A DNA stretch of 64,000 nucleotides from an uncultured Methanosarcinaceae archaeon (GTDB lineage Archaea > Halobacteriota > Methanosarcinia > Methanosarcinales > Methanosarcinaceae), in contig CAVTET010000012.1 in the NCBI GenBank assembly GCA_963733675.1, forward strand, positions 1 to 64,000, in the 5' to 3' direction. A program made the position numbers and the translations under genes. Shown here one piece after another: positions 22,806 to 34,084 of the stretch; the stretch's first letter is position 1; every line of letters starts with the position of its first letter. The notes under the pieces were generated by a model. That model saw nothing but the letters and a program-made list of their open reading frames with translations. It was not told the origin of the DNA and did not search any database.

Positions 22806-23717
22806 CTATTGCATGTTAATTAACAGAACTCCAGCAACAACAAGGGTAGTGGCTATGATTTTTTGCATGAGGCTGCCAATGCTGATCTCCTCTCTTGCGA
22901 GATTCGGGAAAAAGAGCGAAAGGATGACGCCAAAGAAGAGAACGAAAAACGAAGTTGTACTGGAAATAGCCTGCACGACTCCCAGGGGCGCTAGAATAAG
23001 TGTGTAGCGCACACCTAGGTTGCCACCCAGGTTAATCAATTCATTTGTTATATTCACAGAAAGCAAAGCTCCTGCATTGGCATGAATTATCTCTGAAAAT
23101 TGTTTGCGATTTTCGGCAGCCAACATTAAAATCACTCCAAACAACGCTTGGCCAAAGAAGTTCCAGAAGGTGGTGGTCCAGAATTCATCACGTACAGCAA
23201 ATAATTTAAAAATAAGCGAACTCAGCGAAATCGCTAGGGCACAAAAGAGCATTAAAATAACCAGCTGTTTTTTAACGTGGCTTGTGCCTTGCCCAAACCT
23301 CAAAGAAAGGATAACCGATCCGGCAATGATCAGCAAAACGCCGATGATTTGGGAATAAGAAATTTGTTCCCCAAGGATGAAATATCCTAGGATAAGCCCG
23401 AAGACTCCTGCCGCTTGGAAGAATGGTGCGATAGTTGATGCTTTCTCTGTCTGCAATGCCTGGAGGTAGAAATAGATCGCACTCATGTAAAGGATTCCCG
23501 AGGCTGCTATGAATACCATAGATTCATAGTTTAATGCAACTACTCCAGGCTGGAAAAGCCAGACAAAGGGCAAGGCAAGAGCACCGATGATCGCAGTAAA
23601 GACCATCAGCACTGCCACGCTCCCCTGTTTGAAATAGCGTTCCACCAGATACTTATCGATGTGCGTGGATAGCGCCCACAGAACGGGCCCGGAAAACGCA
23701 TAAATAAGCCAATACAT
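22806..23717 (-). CDS. EamA/DMT-family transporter
   Basis: 303 aa, about 10 TM helices, duplicated EamA pattern (LGYFILGEQI). Confidence 0.88.
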   Translation of the reverse strand: MYWLIYAFSGPVLWALSTHIDKYLVERYFKQGSVAVLMVFTAIIGALALPFVWLFQPGVVALNYESMVFIAASGILYMSAIYFYLQALQTEKASTIAPFFQAAGVFGLILGYFILGEQISYSQIIGVLLIIAGSVILSLRFGQGTSHVKKQLVILMLFCALAISLSSLIFKLFAVRDEFWTTTFWNFFGQALFGVILMLAAENRKQFSEIIHANAGALLSVNITNELINLGGNLGVRYTLILAPLGVVQAISSTTSFFVLFFGVILSLFFPNLAREEISIGSLMQKIIATTLVVAGVLLINMQ

Positions 23718-23744
23718 ATCTAGATATTACCGGTTGATAGTTCT

Positions 23745-24200
23745 ATAGGATTTGTACAGCTTGCATGAAGTGTTTCGAAAAGCAGAATGGCAAGTGTGTA
23801 ATTCAAAACGACGGGCTCAACGACATTTTAGATAAGATGGTCAAGGCTGATGGCATTCTTTTAGGATCACCGGTAACGTTACTGATGTGACATCGGAAAT
23901 GAAAGCCTTCATTGACCATGTTTCATTAGTTGTGAAAGCAAATGGACAAGCAAGTTAAAACATAAAGTATCTGGTGCTGTGATAGCTGTACGCTATGGCG
24001 GAGCCATACATGATTTGATACAATGAATCATTTTCTCCATTACACCAGACCTTTTTAGTGGGAGCTAGCTATTGGAATATGGTCCATGGTTTGGAGCCAG
24101 ATGATGTTGAACGTGACTAAGAAGGTATGAAAAACATGCAAATTCTTGGTGAAAATTGGCCTGGCTGCTAAAGCGAATCAACAATTATACCTTGAAATCC
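23745..24200 (+). pseudogene. Iron-sulfur flavoprotein (Isf / flavodoxin-like), 5'-truncated
   Basis: CTACMKCFEKQNGKC, ADGILLGSPV, TSEMKAFID, SYWNMVHG and EGMKNM fragments with indels and a stop. Confidence 0.8.
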
Positions 24201-24287
24201 TACAGTTGAAAAGTTAGTAGACTTTTCAAAAGAATATTTGACATTCAAGAAATTAGAAATTATGAAAAATTTTAAAGGGAGTAAAAT

Positions 24288-24728
24288 ATGGACAAATCAA
24301 AGTTAAGTGAGAGTGTAATTTTCCCGAAAGGTGAAAAACTTCCGAAACAGTTTAGTAAGTATTTTACAGGTAACGCATGGCTTAATATGCTGGTGCCAAA
24401 GGATAATGAATTTAATTGTCCAATAGGCAATGTAACTTTTGAACCAGGCTGTCGGAATAACTGGCATAAGCATCCGGGCGGACAGATTCTGTTAGTAACA
24501 TGTGGACGTGGTTACTATCAGGAGGAAGGAAAGCCGGCACAGGAACTTAATCCAGGTGATGTAGTAAAAATCGCTCCACATGTAAAGCACTGGCATGGAG
24601 CAACACCTGACAGTTGGTTTGCGCATCTTTCCGTTGAGACAAATGTTAACGCAGGTCCAGCAGAATGGCTGGAATCCGTAACGGATGAAGAATATCTCGC
24701 TTTGAAAGAGAATGGTAACAACAATTGA
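24288..24728 (+). CDS. Cupin-domain protein
   Basis: NVTFEPGCRNNWHKHPGGQILL...VKHWHGA. Confidence 0.9.
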   Translation: MDKSKLSESVIFPKGEKLPKQFSKYFTGNAWLNMLVPKDNEFNCPIGNVTFEPGCRNNWHKHPGGQILLVTCGRGYYQEEGKPAQELNPGDVVKIAPHVKHWHGATPDSWFAHLSVETNVNAGPAEWLESVTDEEYLALKENGNNN

Positions 24729-24815
24729 TGAAATTATTGTATTTTCACAGGGGAGAATAATCGTTATTTAAAATGTTCGGCAATGAATATACAAAAATAA
24801 AGCGGGGGACAAGAA

Positions 24816-25352
24816 ATGACGAATTTAAAAGAAGAGAAATGTCTGATAGCCTATTATTCACATGAGGGAAATAACTATGTTAGTGGAAAGATCGTGAATT
24901 TGCCAATCGGTAATACAAAAGTAGTAGCAAACATGATCCAAGAAATGACAGAAGGTAATGTTTTCCGTATTGATACAATAAAATCTTATCCTGAGGATTA
25001 TACGGAAACCACCAACATGGCAAAAAAAGAACAACACGACAATGCCAGACCGGAGCTTTCAAGCCATGTAGAAAATATGGACTTTTATAACGTGATATTC
25101 CTGGGTTATCCGAACTGGTATGGAACGATGCCGATGCCGGTGTTCACATTCCTGGAAGAGCACGATTTTTCGGATAAAACTATTATTCCATTTTGTACAC
25201 ATGAAGGAAGTGGATTAGGCCGCAGTGAAAAAGATATTGCAAAACTTTGTCCGAAAGCAACACTTTTGAAGGGACTGGCTATCCATGGCTTTCGTGTAAG
25301 TGATGCAAAAATAGATGTTACGAATTGGTTGAACAAACTTGGCATTATTTAA
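24816..25352 (+). CDS. Flavodoxin
   Basis: IAYYS..GNT, IFLGYPNWYGTMPMPV and PFCTHEGSGLG. Confidence 0.9.
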   Translation: MTNLKEEKCLIAYYSHEGNNYVSGKIVNLPIGNTKVVANMIQEMTEGNVFRIDTIKSYPEDYTETTNMAKKEQHDNARPELSSHVENMDFYNVIFLGYPNWYGTMPMPVFTFLEEHDFSDKTIIPFCTHEGSGLGRSEKDIAKLCPKATLLKGLAIHGFRVSDAKIDVTNWLNKLGII

Positions 25353-25478
25353 TAAACTGTTTGAGCATCAATTTTTGTGCACTCCGTTTGACACTGTTTG
25401 ACTTAGAAATAACTCCAGGCGGTAGAGTTGCTTGTAGAAGCTACAGGATATCATTAATCATTGAACGGAGAATATAAA

Positions 25479-25858
25479 ATGGCAAAACAATTAGGTTTTG
25501 GCTGTATGAGATTACCACTTCTGGACAAAGATGATCAGACATCATTTGACACAGAGACATCGAACAAATTGGTAGATACGTTTCTGGAACGAGGGTTCCT
25601 TATTTCGATACAGCGTATACATATCATGAATTCAAGAGTGAGGGAGCTGTTAGAGAGGCTCTGGTAAAAAGGCATAACCGAGATGAATTTGCTCTTGCAA
25701 CAAAACTTCCACCCAGAATGTTAAAGTCAGTGGAAGACCAGGAAAGAATCTTCAACGAGCAACTGGAAAATTGTGGAGTTGAATTCTTTGATTATTTCCT
25801 GCTTCACAATATTGGTGTGAGTGCTTATGAGCAGGCATGCAAATACGATACATTTGGT
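25479..25858 (+). pseudogene. Aldo/keto reductase, 5' fragment
   Basis: LGFGCMRLP, YFDTAY, LATKLP and DYFLLHN with one frameshift; ends abruptly at the IS6. Confidence 0.85.
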
Positions 25859-26713
25859 GGTTCCGTTGCAAAAAATTCTTTCTAATGATACGATAGAATA
25901 AAAAGAAAACCAAAGATAGTAATATGCTATCTAATTCCTTTAAATGGAAGCATTATGAAGGAGAAATTATCCTATTAAATATGAGATGGTACTTAAAATA
26001 CCCATTAAGCTATCGAAATTTAAAGGAAATGATGATAGAAAGAGGAATTCAAGTTGATCACAGTACTATAATGAGATGGGTACATCAATATTCCCCTGAA
26101 ATAGAAAAGAAGATAAGAAGACATTTAAGACCAGCAAATGATTCGTGGAGAGTTGATGAAACTTATATAAAAGTAAAAGGTAAATGGAAATATTTTTACC
26201 GAGCAGTTGACTCAAATGGAGATACAATTGATTTCATGTTAAGTTCAAAACGAGATAGAAAGGCAGCGAAGAGATTCTTTAAGAAAGCTTTAAGTTCTAA
26301 TCATAATCAAATTCCAAGATTAATAACCGTTGATAAGAATCCAGCTTATCCACCTGCTATAGATAAACTAAAAATTGATAAAATACTACCTAAAAACATA
26401 GGCATTCGACAAATCAAGTATTTGAATAACATTATAGAACAAGATCACAGATCTATAAAGAGAATCGTTAATCCAATGTTAGGATTTCAGTCTTTTCGAT
26501 CTGCTAATAAGACTTTAAAAGGAATTGAAGCTATAAATATGATCAAAAAAGGACAAGTAAATGATCTAAATTACTCTGTTCTTAATGAAGTCAAATACAT
26601 TAATCAATTATTTGGTATAGTTTTATAATGTTAGTACATTTTCCTTGAATGTTTTGATTTTTATTAATCACTTATAGATTTACATATTTTTTTGAAGTTT
26701 TTGCAACGGAACC
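25859..26713 (+). mobile_element. IS6-family element, intact
   Basis: Perfect IRs GGTTCCGTTGCAAAAA / TTTTTGCAACGGAACC; no target duplication. Confidence 0.95.
25924..26628 (+). CDS. IS6-family DDE transposase
   Basis: WRVDETYIKVKGKW, TVDKNPAY and NNIIEQDHR; 234 aa, uninterrupted. Confidence 0.95.
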   Translation: MLSNSFKWKHYEGEIILLNMRWYLKYPLSYRNLKEMMIERGIQVDHSTIMRWVHQYSPEIEKKIRRHLRPANDSWRVDETYIKVKGKWKYFYRAVDSNGDTIDFMLSSKRDRKAAKRFFKKALSSNHNQIPRLITVDKNPAYPPAIDKLKIDKILPKNIGIRQIKYLNNIIEQDHRSIKRIVNPMLGFQSFRSANKTLKGIEAINMIKKGQVNDLNYSVLNEVKYINQLFGIVL

Positions 26714-27236
26714 GGATAAAGTATAATGATTTAGAAAAAATCCATTCCCTAAATATAGAAGAAATAAAATCAGATTCAATCAGGCCTTTAAGAAAAAGTA
26801 AGAGAATAAAATTTGGGGAAAATACAGAAGAAAGCTGTGCTCAATCTTTGATAGAATTAAATACAATCCAATAAATATAAAGTTGGCAATATATCTGCTG
26901 TCAAAAGGAAGTTTAGAGAAGTACTTAGGCCAAGAAAGTTACATAATCGAGTCAAATGAGTCAGACTTAAACTGATAGTCTATAAAAAATAGTAGAAATA
27001 ATTTGCATCAAATTAAGGATTTCTACAGAGTCACTCTGTCAACATTAATCTGTGACCTTAAAACTCACATAAGAAAACAGAACTATTAATATTGTTATAT
27101 ACTATGGAACATACGTAACTTTGTATCTGCTTACAGTGACATGGTTATTAATTTGTCCTGATTTCCTGAAAATTATTTGGAGACTGGATCAAAATATATA
27201 AAACTCCAAGCCATCAATTCAATAAAGGAGCCCAAG

Positions 27237-27563
27237 ATGTTAATTGGAAATGAAGAAGGAGAAATGTACTTAAAAATTGCGATGTTTGCCTATTTTGTAG
27301 TTCTTTTTCTGACCCTTCGGGACGTCCGGATCTTTAAAAGGACAGGCTATCGCTCCTACAGAAAAGGAGCCCTTAAGGGACTTGCAGCTTCTACATTGAT
27401 ACTGATAGGAGCAATTATTGTTGGGACAAATGTATCTCTAGGCCTGCTATTTGTTTTTATAGGGCTCTATATTAACCGCAAAGGAGGAAGAGAGCACGTT
27501 TTCACTGATGCAAGCACCCTTGACCGTTTCCTTGGAAAGACGGATTATATAACAAAAAAGTGA
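27237..27563 (+). CDS. Small membrane protein
   Basis: Three hydrophobic segments with a basic loop (LRDVRIFKRTGYRSYRKGA). Start is 27237 or 27263. Confidence 0.7.
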   Translation: MLIGNEEGEMYLKIAMFAYFVVLFLTLRDVRIFKRTGYRSYRKGALKGLAASTLILIGAIIVGTNVSLGLLFVFIGLYINRKGGREHVFTDASTLDRFLGKTDYITKK

Positions 27564-28340
27564 AGATCAAATGCGAAAACAATACCAATATTTAAGCATT
27601 TAATACCAGAATTTAAGCATTTGAATCTTCACAAACTCAGAACCATTTTAAACTTATTAATTGATAAAAAATTATAAAAATGATTGAATTTAGGTTAGTA
27701 AACCTATTCGAATTTACTGACCTTGATAGCATTAATTTAGTATGAAAGTACACGAAATCATTTTTATTACGTACTCTTTTTGGCCTCTATTACCATAAAT
27801 GTGATTACACTACTAATTATTTTTATCCATTTATCAAATGAGAATGTCTCGGTCTCAACAATTACTTCTTTCATTAATTTCTCCATTTTCTCATTTTCTT
27901 AATCTCATAAATTTCATCCTTTGCAATAAGATGCCACATTATTGTGGCAATTTTCCTTGCTAGAGTAATACTTGCCTCTGCTGGATGTAATCAAAAGAAA
28001 ATTATCTTATTACTTAATAGGTTTGAAATAGTAGATAGGAAAACAAAAATTCGCGGTCATAAAAATATGCCAAATGTCACATGATTTATACTCATGCTAA
28101 CATATAGTTATTTAAATTTTATTATAAGGGATAATAATAATTTGAGATTCTAGGATATTAAGCATATGAAAATGGAAGAAGCACTTGATGTAGAAATATG
28201 CATGCAAACGATAAATAAACAATGGAGTCAAAGTGAACATTAGGAAGTCTAGTAACTATAGATATTAGCAAAAATCAAATAAATAAAAATTGTCGATCAA
28301 ATTATTTGTTCCTTAGTTATATTTCCACCTATATTATAAT

Positions 28341-28399
28341 ATATGCATAATTAAAATATATGCATATAATATGCATAACAATATGCATAACAATATGCA
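28341..28399. repeat. Tandem ATATGCA(TAAC) repeats upstream of the YVTN gene
   Basis: Five ATATGCA copies at 28341, 28358, 28369, 28381 and 28393. Confidence 0.7.
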
Positions 28400-28452
28400 A
28401 TTAGAGCTTTAAAAATTAAACAAAACTTATCAAAAGTTAGAGGCATAAACAA

Positions 28453-29469
28453 ATGGGGAAACAGTTATTTAGCAACGAAAGAAAGAAGTTGGCTATTTTG
28501 CTGGTGGTCTTTTTTTCAATTTTCGTTTTATCTGTAGCTTCGGCAGCTCCTATACAAAGTTCATCTCCGAAGGCACCATATGCATATATTACGAACGACG
28601 GAAGTAACAATGTATCGGTTATTGATACGTCCACTAGCATTGTTATTGCCACTGTTGATGTAGGATCATCGCCTGAAGGTGTCACAGTCACACGTGATGG
28701 AACAAAAGTATATGTTGCTAACGAGGGCAGCAACACTGTATCTGTAATTGACACTACCACAAAAAAGGTTACAGAGACGATAGATGTAGGATTCTGTCCT
28801 GCGGGAGTTGCAGTAACTCCGGATGGAACAAAGGTATATGTGACGAATTCAGGAGATGACAATATCTCTGTGATTAATACAGCAATCAACAAGGTTACAA
28901 CCACGGTGAATGTGAGCGGTGAACCCGAAGGAGTTGCAGTCAATCCAATGGGAACAAAGGCATATGTGGCAATCTACGATAGCAACAATGTCTCTGTAAT
29001 TGACACAGCTACAAACAAGGTCACAGCCACTGTGAAAGTGGGACTAGGGCCTAAGGGAGTTGCGATCACACCAAATGGAAAAAAGGTATATGTCGCGAAC
29101 CAAGAAAGTGGCTGTGTATCTGTAATTGATGCAGCTACAAACAATGTTACAGCCACAGTAGATGTAGGAAACACTCCTTGGGAAGTTACAGTCAAACCTG
29201 ATGGAACAAAGGTATATGTAGCTAATGAGGGAAGCGGTACAGTTTCTGTAATTGATACATCCACTAACACCGTTGCAGCAACAGTACCTATAGGATCTAA
29301 TCCTGTAGGAGTTGCAACCACCCCTGATGGAACAAAAGTATATGTGACAAATCCTGGGGACAACACAGTCGCAATAATTGACACCGCAACAAACACAGTT
29401 ACATCCAAGATGAATGTCGGAAACATGCCTTTTGCCTTAGGGGAATTTATAGGTGGACCTGCAACGTAA
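28453..29469 (+). CDS. Secreted YVTN beta-propeller surface protein
   Basis: Signal peptide plus seven ~42-aa repeats (YVTN/YVAN..VSVIDT..V..TV.VG..P.GVAVTPDG). Confidence 0.93.
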   Translation: MGKQLFSNERKKLAILLVVFFSIFVLSVASAAPIQSSSPKAPYAYITNDGSNNVSVIDTSTSIVIATVDVGSSPEGVTVTRDGTKVYVANEGSNTVSVIDTTTKKVTETIDVGFCPAGVAVTPDGTKVYVTNSGDDNISVINTAINKVTTTVNVSGEPEGVAVNPMGTKAYVAIYDSNNVSVIDTATNKVTATVKVGLGPKGVAITPNGKKVYVANQESGCVSVIDAATNNVTATVDVGNTPWEVTVKPDGTKVYVANEGSGTVSVIDTSTNTVAATVPIGSNPVGVATTPDGTKVYVTNPGDNTVAIIDTATNTVTSKMNVGNMPFALGEFIGGPAT

Positions 29470-29919
29470 AACGGTTCCTATAATTGTCACATCCACAATC
29501 AATGCTACATCCACGATACCTGCAGGAAGCTTGCCTATTACCTTTGGCCAGTTAATAGTATGGGAACTAGTACTTCATAAAAAGTTTTGTTATAAGCATA
29601 CCTTCTTTCTGGCAAAGTACCGCTAAAAAGTGAAATTAACGTAGTTGTTATACATGTGCACCTGTTTCTTGGTCTTCAAACTTTGGGGATAACAGCCCTC
29701 CAACAACTGAGAAGCTGTGCATAAATGCAATAAGTGGGAAATCATACTTTACTTTAATACCAAAAAACTCTGCATGTAGTAGTCCGACAAAGTTAAAATA
29801 TATCAGAGAAAATTTTGATAAATATTTAAGCATTTAAGTATTGAAAATTTGAAATCCCTTAAAAAGAATTTTTACTTTTGAAAACTCTTACTAATTTGAC
29901 TCTTAAGGAGAATACAAAC

Positions 29920-30345
29920 TTATCAGCCGTTTGGAGCCAAATTTTATGAAATTGATTCATTAATTGATTTAAAAAATCTTTTCGTATAAATTTGAGCCCA
30001 TTAATAAAAATTTTCAAGAAGCTGACATGTAGATGAAGTAATCGCTTTTTTTAAAATGATTGCTTTAAATCAATGGAATGATTTTTAGACATTGAACTAG
30101 AGAAACAATGTATGATCGAATTTCTTTCAGGAAATTTCTTGGTTTCCCTTAATTCATACCGGCAATACAACAGTCTTATCATTCATAAAAAGAATAAATG
30201 ATAACTGCAAAGAAGAAGAAATATGAGAACATTTACAAAGCCAACTTGATTTTCCTGGCTTGAAAATTAAAACGGAGCTGATTCTGGACTTCATTTTTAT
30301 CCAATCAGATCTTGGACATGCATAAGCGGATAAAATCTCGAGAAA
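29920..30345 (+). mobile_element. Degenerate IS5-family transposase fragment
   Basis: Fragments ELEKQCM/DRISFRKFLGFP, LQSQLDF and LILDFIFIQSDLGH, typical of Methanosarcina IS5 transposases. Confidence 0.6.
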
Positions 30346-30676
30346 ATGAATCAAAAACATTTACGCACTTTAAATCCATACTCAAGTGCAATAACCTATA
30401 TTTTTAATGAATGCTTACATACTTCTTTAAAAATCGAATTAAAAAGTTCTACACATGGTTTTTTATTGAAAAATTCGTTTATGGAAAGATTGCACTTCAG
30501 CAAAGTGACCATTAATTCTCAAATATTTTAGGATATTAATTGCATCGGATCTATGACTTGTTCTTATTTTTAAAAAAAATGTTGCAGGCTGCCTCCTGAC
30601 CTGATTAGAAAGGCCAAATAAATCTTAATTTTTATAGGAATTAATTATTAATAATCTTGCAGTTAATTGATCGTAT

Positions 30677-31534
30677 ATGGCCGAGAAAATAATTGATGAA
30701 TCTTCACTCAAAAACAAAGGTTTCCTGTCACCGAGACAAAATAATATGTTTCCAATGCGACTTAAAGTTGTAGGTGGAACGGTGGGCGTCAAAAAATTAC
30801 GGGCAATTGCGGATGCTGCAGAAAAATACGGCTCTGGTTACATCCATTTAACTTCAAGTCAGCAGATTGAAGTTCTTTTTGTCAAACTTGAAAATGCGGA
30901 AAAAGCAAGTTCTGAGCTTGAAATGCAGGGGATTCTAGGAGGTTCTTCCGGGAAAAAAGTACGGACAATTATTGCCTGTCACGGGAATACTGTCTGTAAA
31001 TATGGGTTAATTGATTGCCAGAGACTTGCTTACAAGATCGATGAGAAATATTTCGGTGAATCTGTCCCTAAAAAATTCAAGATTGCAATCACAGGCTACC
31101 CTTCTGCATGTGCAAAACCTCAGGATAATGATTTTGGAATTATGGGTGTGACAAAACCCGAAATTCTTGAAGAGAATTGTATTGGCTGCGAGAGCTGTGA
31201 AAAAGCTTGTAAAATGGGAGCAATAACAATCAAGGAAGAGAAAGTCATGATAGACAGGGAAAAGTGCGTTCTTTGCGGAGCCTGTGTTACAGCCTGTCGA
31301 AAAGACGCATTGAGAGCAGAAAAAATAGGACATACGATTTTTGTTGGAGGGAGTATGGGCCGCAAACCAAGGCACGGAATAAAAATTCTTGAACTTGTTA
31401 GTGAGGAGCAGCTTTTTTCAATTCTGGAAAAAACTATTGATTATTACAGAAAAGAAGGTCTTGATGGAGAAAGATTAGGAGAACTTTTTGACAGGTTTGG
31501 AATTGAAAGATATAAGCAAGGAATTATTCCCTAA
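30677..31534 (+). CDS. Sulfite/nitrite reductase-like siroheme-4Fe-4S protein with ferredoxin domain (Dsr-like)
   Basis: AEKYGSGYIHLT, CHGNTVCKYG, KFKIAITGYPSAC and two CxxCxxCxxxC motifs. Confidence 0.88.
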   Translation: MAEKIIDESSLKNKGFLSPRQNNMFPMRLKVVGGTVGVKKLRAIADAAEKYGSGYIHLTSSQQIEVLFVKLENAEKASSELEMQGILGGSSGKKVRTIIACHGNTVCKYGLIDCQRLAYKIDEKYFGESVPKKFKIAITGYPSACAKPQDNDFGIMGVTKPEILEENCIGCESCEKACKMGAITIKEEKVMIDREKCVLCGACVTACRKDALRAEKIGHTIFVGGSMGRKPRHGIKILELVSEEQLFSILEKTIDYYRKEGLDGERLGELFDRFGIERYKQGIIP

Positions 31535-31825
31535 AATTATCTGAAAAATGAGATCTCTTAAGAAACTTGAACGAAAGATTAGCGTTTTTGATTACTTCCT
31601 GGGTTTTTGATTGATTGCAGTCAATAACTAGTGAAATTGATTGTAATTTTTGGCAATCCCAGAAGATATTAAAAAATTTTAGAATTATTCACTGGATGGA
31701 AAAACTTAAAAAATTTATGTGAATAGAAAAATCAAAGGTAAATCGAAATCCTGTATAAAAGTTAAAATAAACTAGGAGCCGGAAGTAAAAAAGAAGTTGT
31801 AAGGGAGATTTCAGTTCCCAGTATT

Positions 31826-32923
31826 TCAATTAAACTCGTAGTTGCACATGATCCCCTCAGGATCAAAACATAGATTACAGGATACACACATTGCCTTTTT
31901 AGCCTCTTCAGACTTAAGTTTCAAAATGAGATCAGGCTCGCAAATAAATGGCCTACCCATGGAAACCAAATCTGCAAACCCTCCTTCAAGCAGGTACTCC
32001 ATAACAGAAAGGGACCGAATGCCCCCTACAAGCATTATAGGGATATTTACTGCTTTTTTTATTGCTTTAGAATATTCTCTAAAATATGCTTCTTCAGCTG
32101 GAGAATTAATTGCGGTTCTTACAGTTGCTCCACCTGCCTCACTTATCCCTCCGCTAACTTCAATTGAGCACACTCCAGCTTTCTCCAGAAGTTTTGCAGT
32201 CTCCACAACCTGCAAAATAGTAATTCCAAGCTCTGCTTTTTGCGAACCCGGCTTAAAACCATCCGTTGCATTCAATTTGACAAAAATAGGGAAATCAGAT
32301 CCAGCTAGTTCTTTTATTCGCTTGACAATCTCTGTTACTATTCTTGCCCGATTTTCCACTGAGCCACCCCAGCGATCCGCTCTTCTATTTGTATAGGGGG
32401 AAATGAAATTACTTAAAAGGAAGCCATGAGCACAATGAAGCTGTACGCCGTCAAAACCTGCTTTTTTTGCCCGGATAGCTGCTTTTGTAAAGGCCTCGAT
32501 TACTTCCAGTATTTCCTGTTCAGTCATTTCGCTAGGTACAACTCCCGAGAGTTCATCTTTGATTTCCGAAGGAGCCATCAGGACCGGGTATTCTTCAAAA
32601 ATTGCTGCCTGCCTCCCTCCATGCACTATCTGGAGTACAGTTTTGCTTCTGTACCTGTGCACCATTTCGGTTATCTTCATATAGGGTTCAATAAAAAGAT
32701 CATCATAGATTCCTTGCTGGTAAATCACACTTTGCGCACTAGGAAGTACAGAGGAAAAGCCTGTTATGATCAACCCGACGTCATTTTTTGCAAGTTCCTC
32801 GTAGAGATTGCCTAACTTTGAAGTGGGCTTTCCATCTTTTTCAGCCATGGATTCATGTGTTGCGGATCTTACAAATCGATTCTGAAGATCCATGTTGCAG
32901 ATTGTGATAGGATCAAAAATCAT
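31826..32923 (-). CDS. NADH:flavin oxidoreductase (Old Yellow Enzyme family)
   Basis: NRFVRSATHE, LQIVHGGRQ, AGFDGVQLHCAHGFLLSNFISPYTNRRADRWGGSVENR. Confidence 0.93.
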   Translation of the reverse strand: MIFDPITICNMDLQNRFVRSATHESMAEKDGKPTSKLGNLYEELAKNDVGLIITGFSSVLPSAQSVIYQQGIYDDLFIEPYMKITEMVHRYRSKTVLQIVHGGRQAAIFEEYPVLMAPSEIKDELSGVVPSEMTEQEILEVIEAFTKAAIRAKKAGFDGVQLHCAHGFLLSNFISPYTNRRADRWGGSVENRARIVTEIVKRIKELAGSDFPIFVKLNATDGFKPGSQKAELGITILQVVETAKLLEKAGVCSIEVSGGISEAGGATVRTAINSPAEEAYFREYSKAIKKAVNIPIMLVGGIRSLSVMEYLLEGGFADLVSMGRPFICEPDLILKLKSEEAKKAMCVSCNLCFDPEGIMCNYEFN

Positions 32924-34084
32924 GGAAAATAGTAAGAGAGAGCAGGACAAATAATTATCCAGCATTCCTAAAAAAGAAAGTTTTTACCCAATAACTTTTT
33001 GATAACTCGATCATTCCATATAAGAAAACAAATTGAAGGCTTTCCATACCCGCCAATAAATGACTTAATCTCAGCTCTACAGTAGGTTTCTAATATTTCC
33101 TTGGTGGACATCCATCCTACTCAAAAAAAGGCTTAATTAGTTCCACATCTGTTAATTTGTTTATTGCAAAGTAATAGTAGGACAAAACCTTAGTTTTTGT
33201 GAAATTTCACAAGAAAAAAATGATCATTTACTTTAACTAAAATTTAATATAGTTAAATCTGGGAAATAAGAGCGAAAATATCTATCTTAAATAAAAATTT
33301 TTATTAGCTTAGGTGATCAGGTTGATCTTAGATGTCAAAAAGGTAATCTTTTGAGCTGCGGGGGGAAATGCCTACAGCTAGATCAGATATCGACTTGAGT
33401 ATATGGGGTTATACACCAGGTATAATTAAATTTAATTAATTATATACGTTTATTTATATATTATACGAACCTAAATTAATTAGTATTAACATTATGTGGT
33501 CCTGGTCTCGTGAATTATAATCTAGGGAAGCCTTTCCAGATAATCAATAAATCACGTCATCTCAGCCTCTAAAACACGTTTTTTGAGTGTTATCGAAGGG
33601 ATAACCTTACTAGACTCGAGAAAATGTCCTACACTGCCCTCACATGCGTTCTTAGCTGACTAGAGTCTATCCAAATGGTGAAAGTGGCATGGTGTATGAC
33701 TTATAATCGATCCACATCATCCGGCTACCGATTCTAATTATGTATTGTTTATTGTAGGACTAAGGACTTCGATTGTATTCTCTATCCATGAGTGTTTTTG
33801 GACAGTTATGTTCTACCTTACAATGCAACTTTTCTTAGCTTTTATCCTAATTCAGATTAAAAGTTCTTTCCTGAATAGCTTTTTCCAATTTAAAAATTTA
33901 TTGCATTTATGGAATTTTGAAAGTTCAGATAAATTTTAAAAATAATACCCAAATTTGTTTAATAAATTAAAAAATATAATTTTCAAGTAGGTAAATTTTA
34001 TTTATAAAGTGGAGTATTAATTCTTGTACATTTGTTTAGTTTTTTTCCATCGTTAATGTCTAAAACAATATCCTATGACTGAAT

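Noticed and set aside
27581-27622. Imperfect 21-bp tandem repeat
   Set aside because: Only two copies in AT-rich DNA; most likely a slippage duplication.
28437-29426. Long minus-strand ORFs (168 and 150 aa)
   Set aside because: Antisense shadows of the YVTN repeats.
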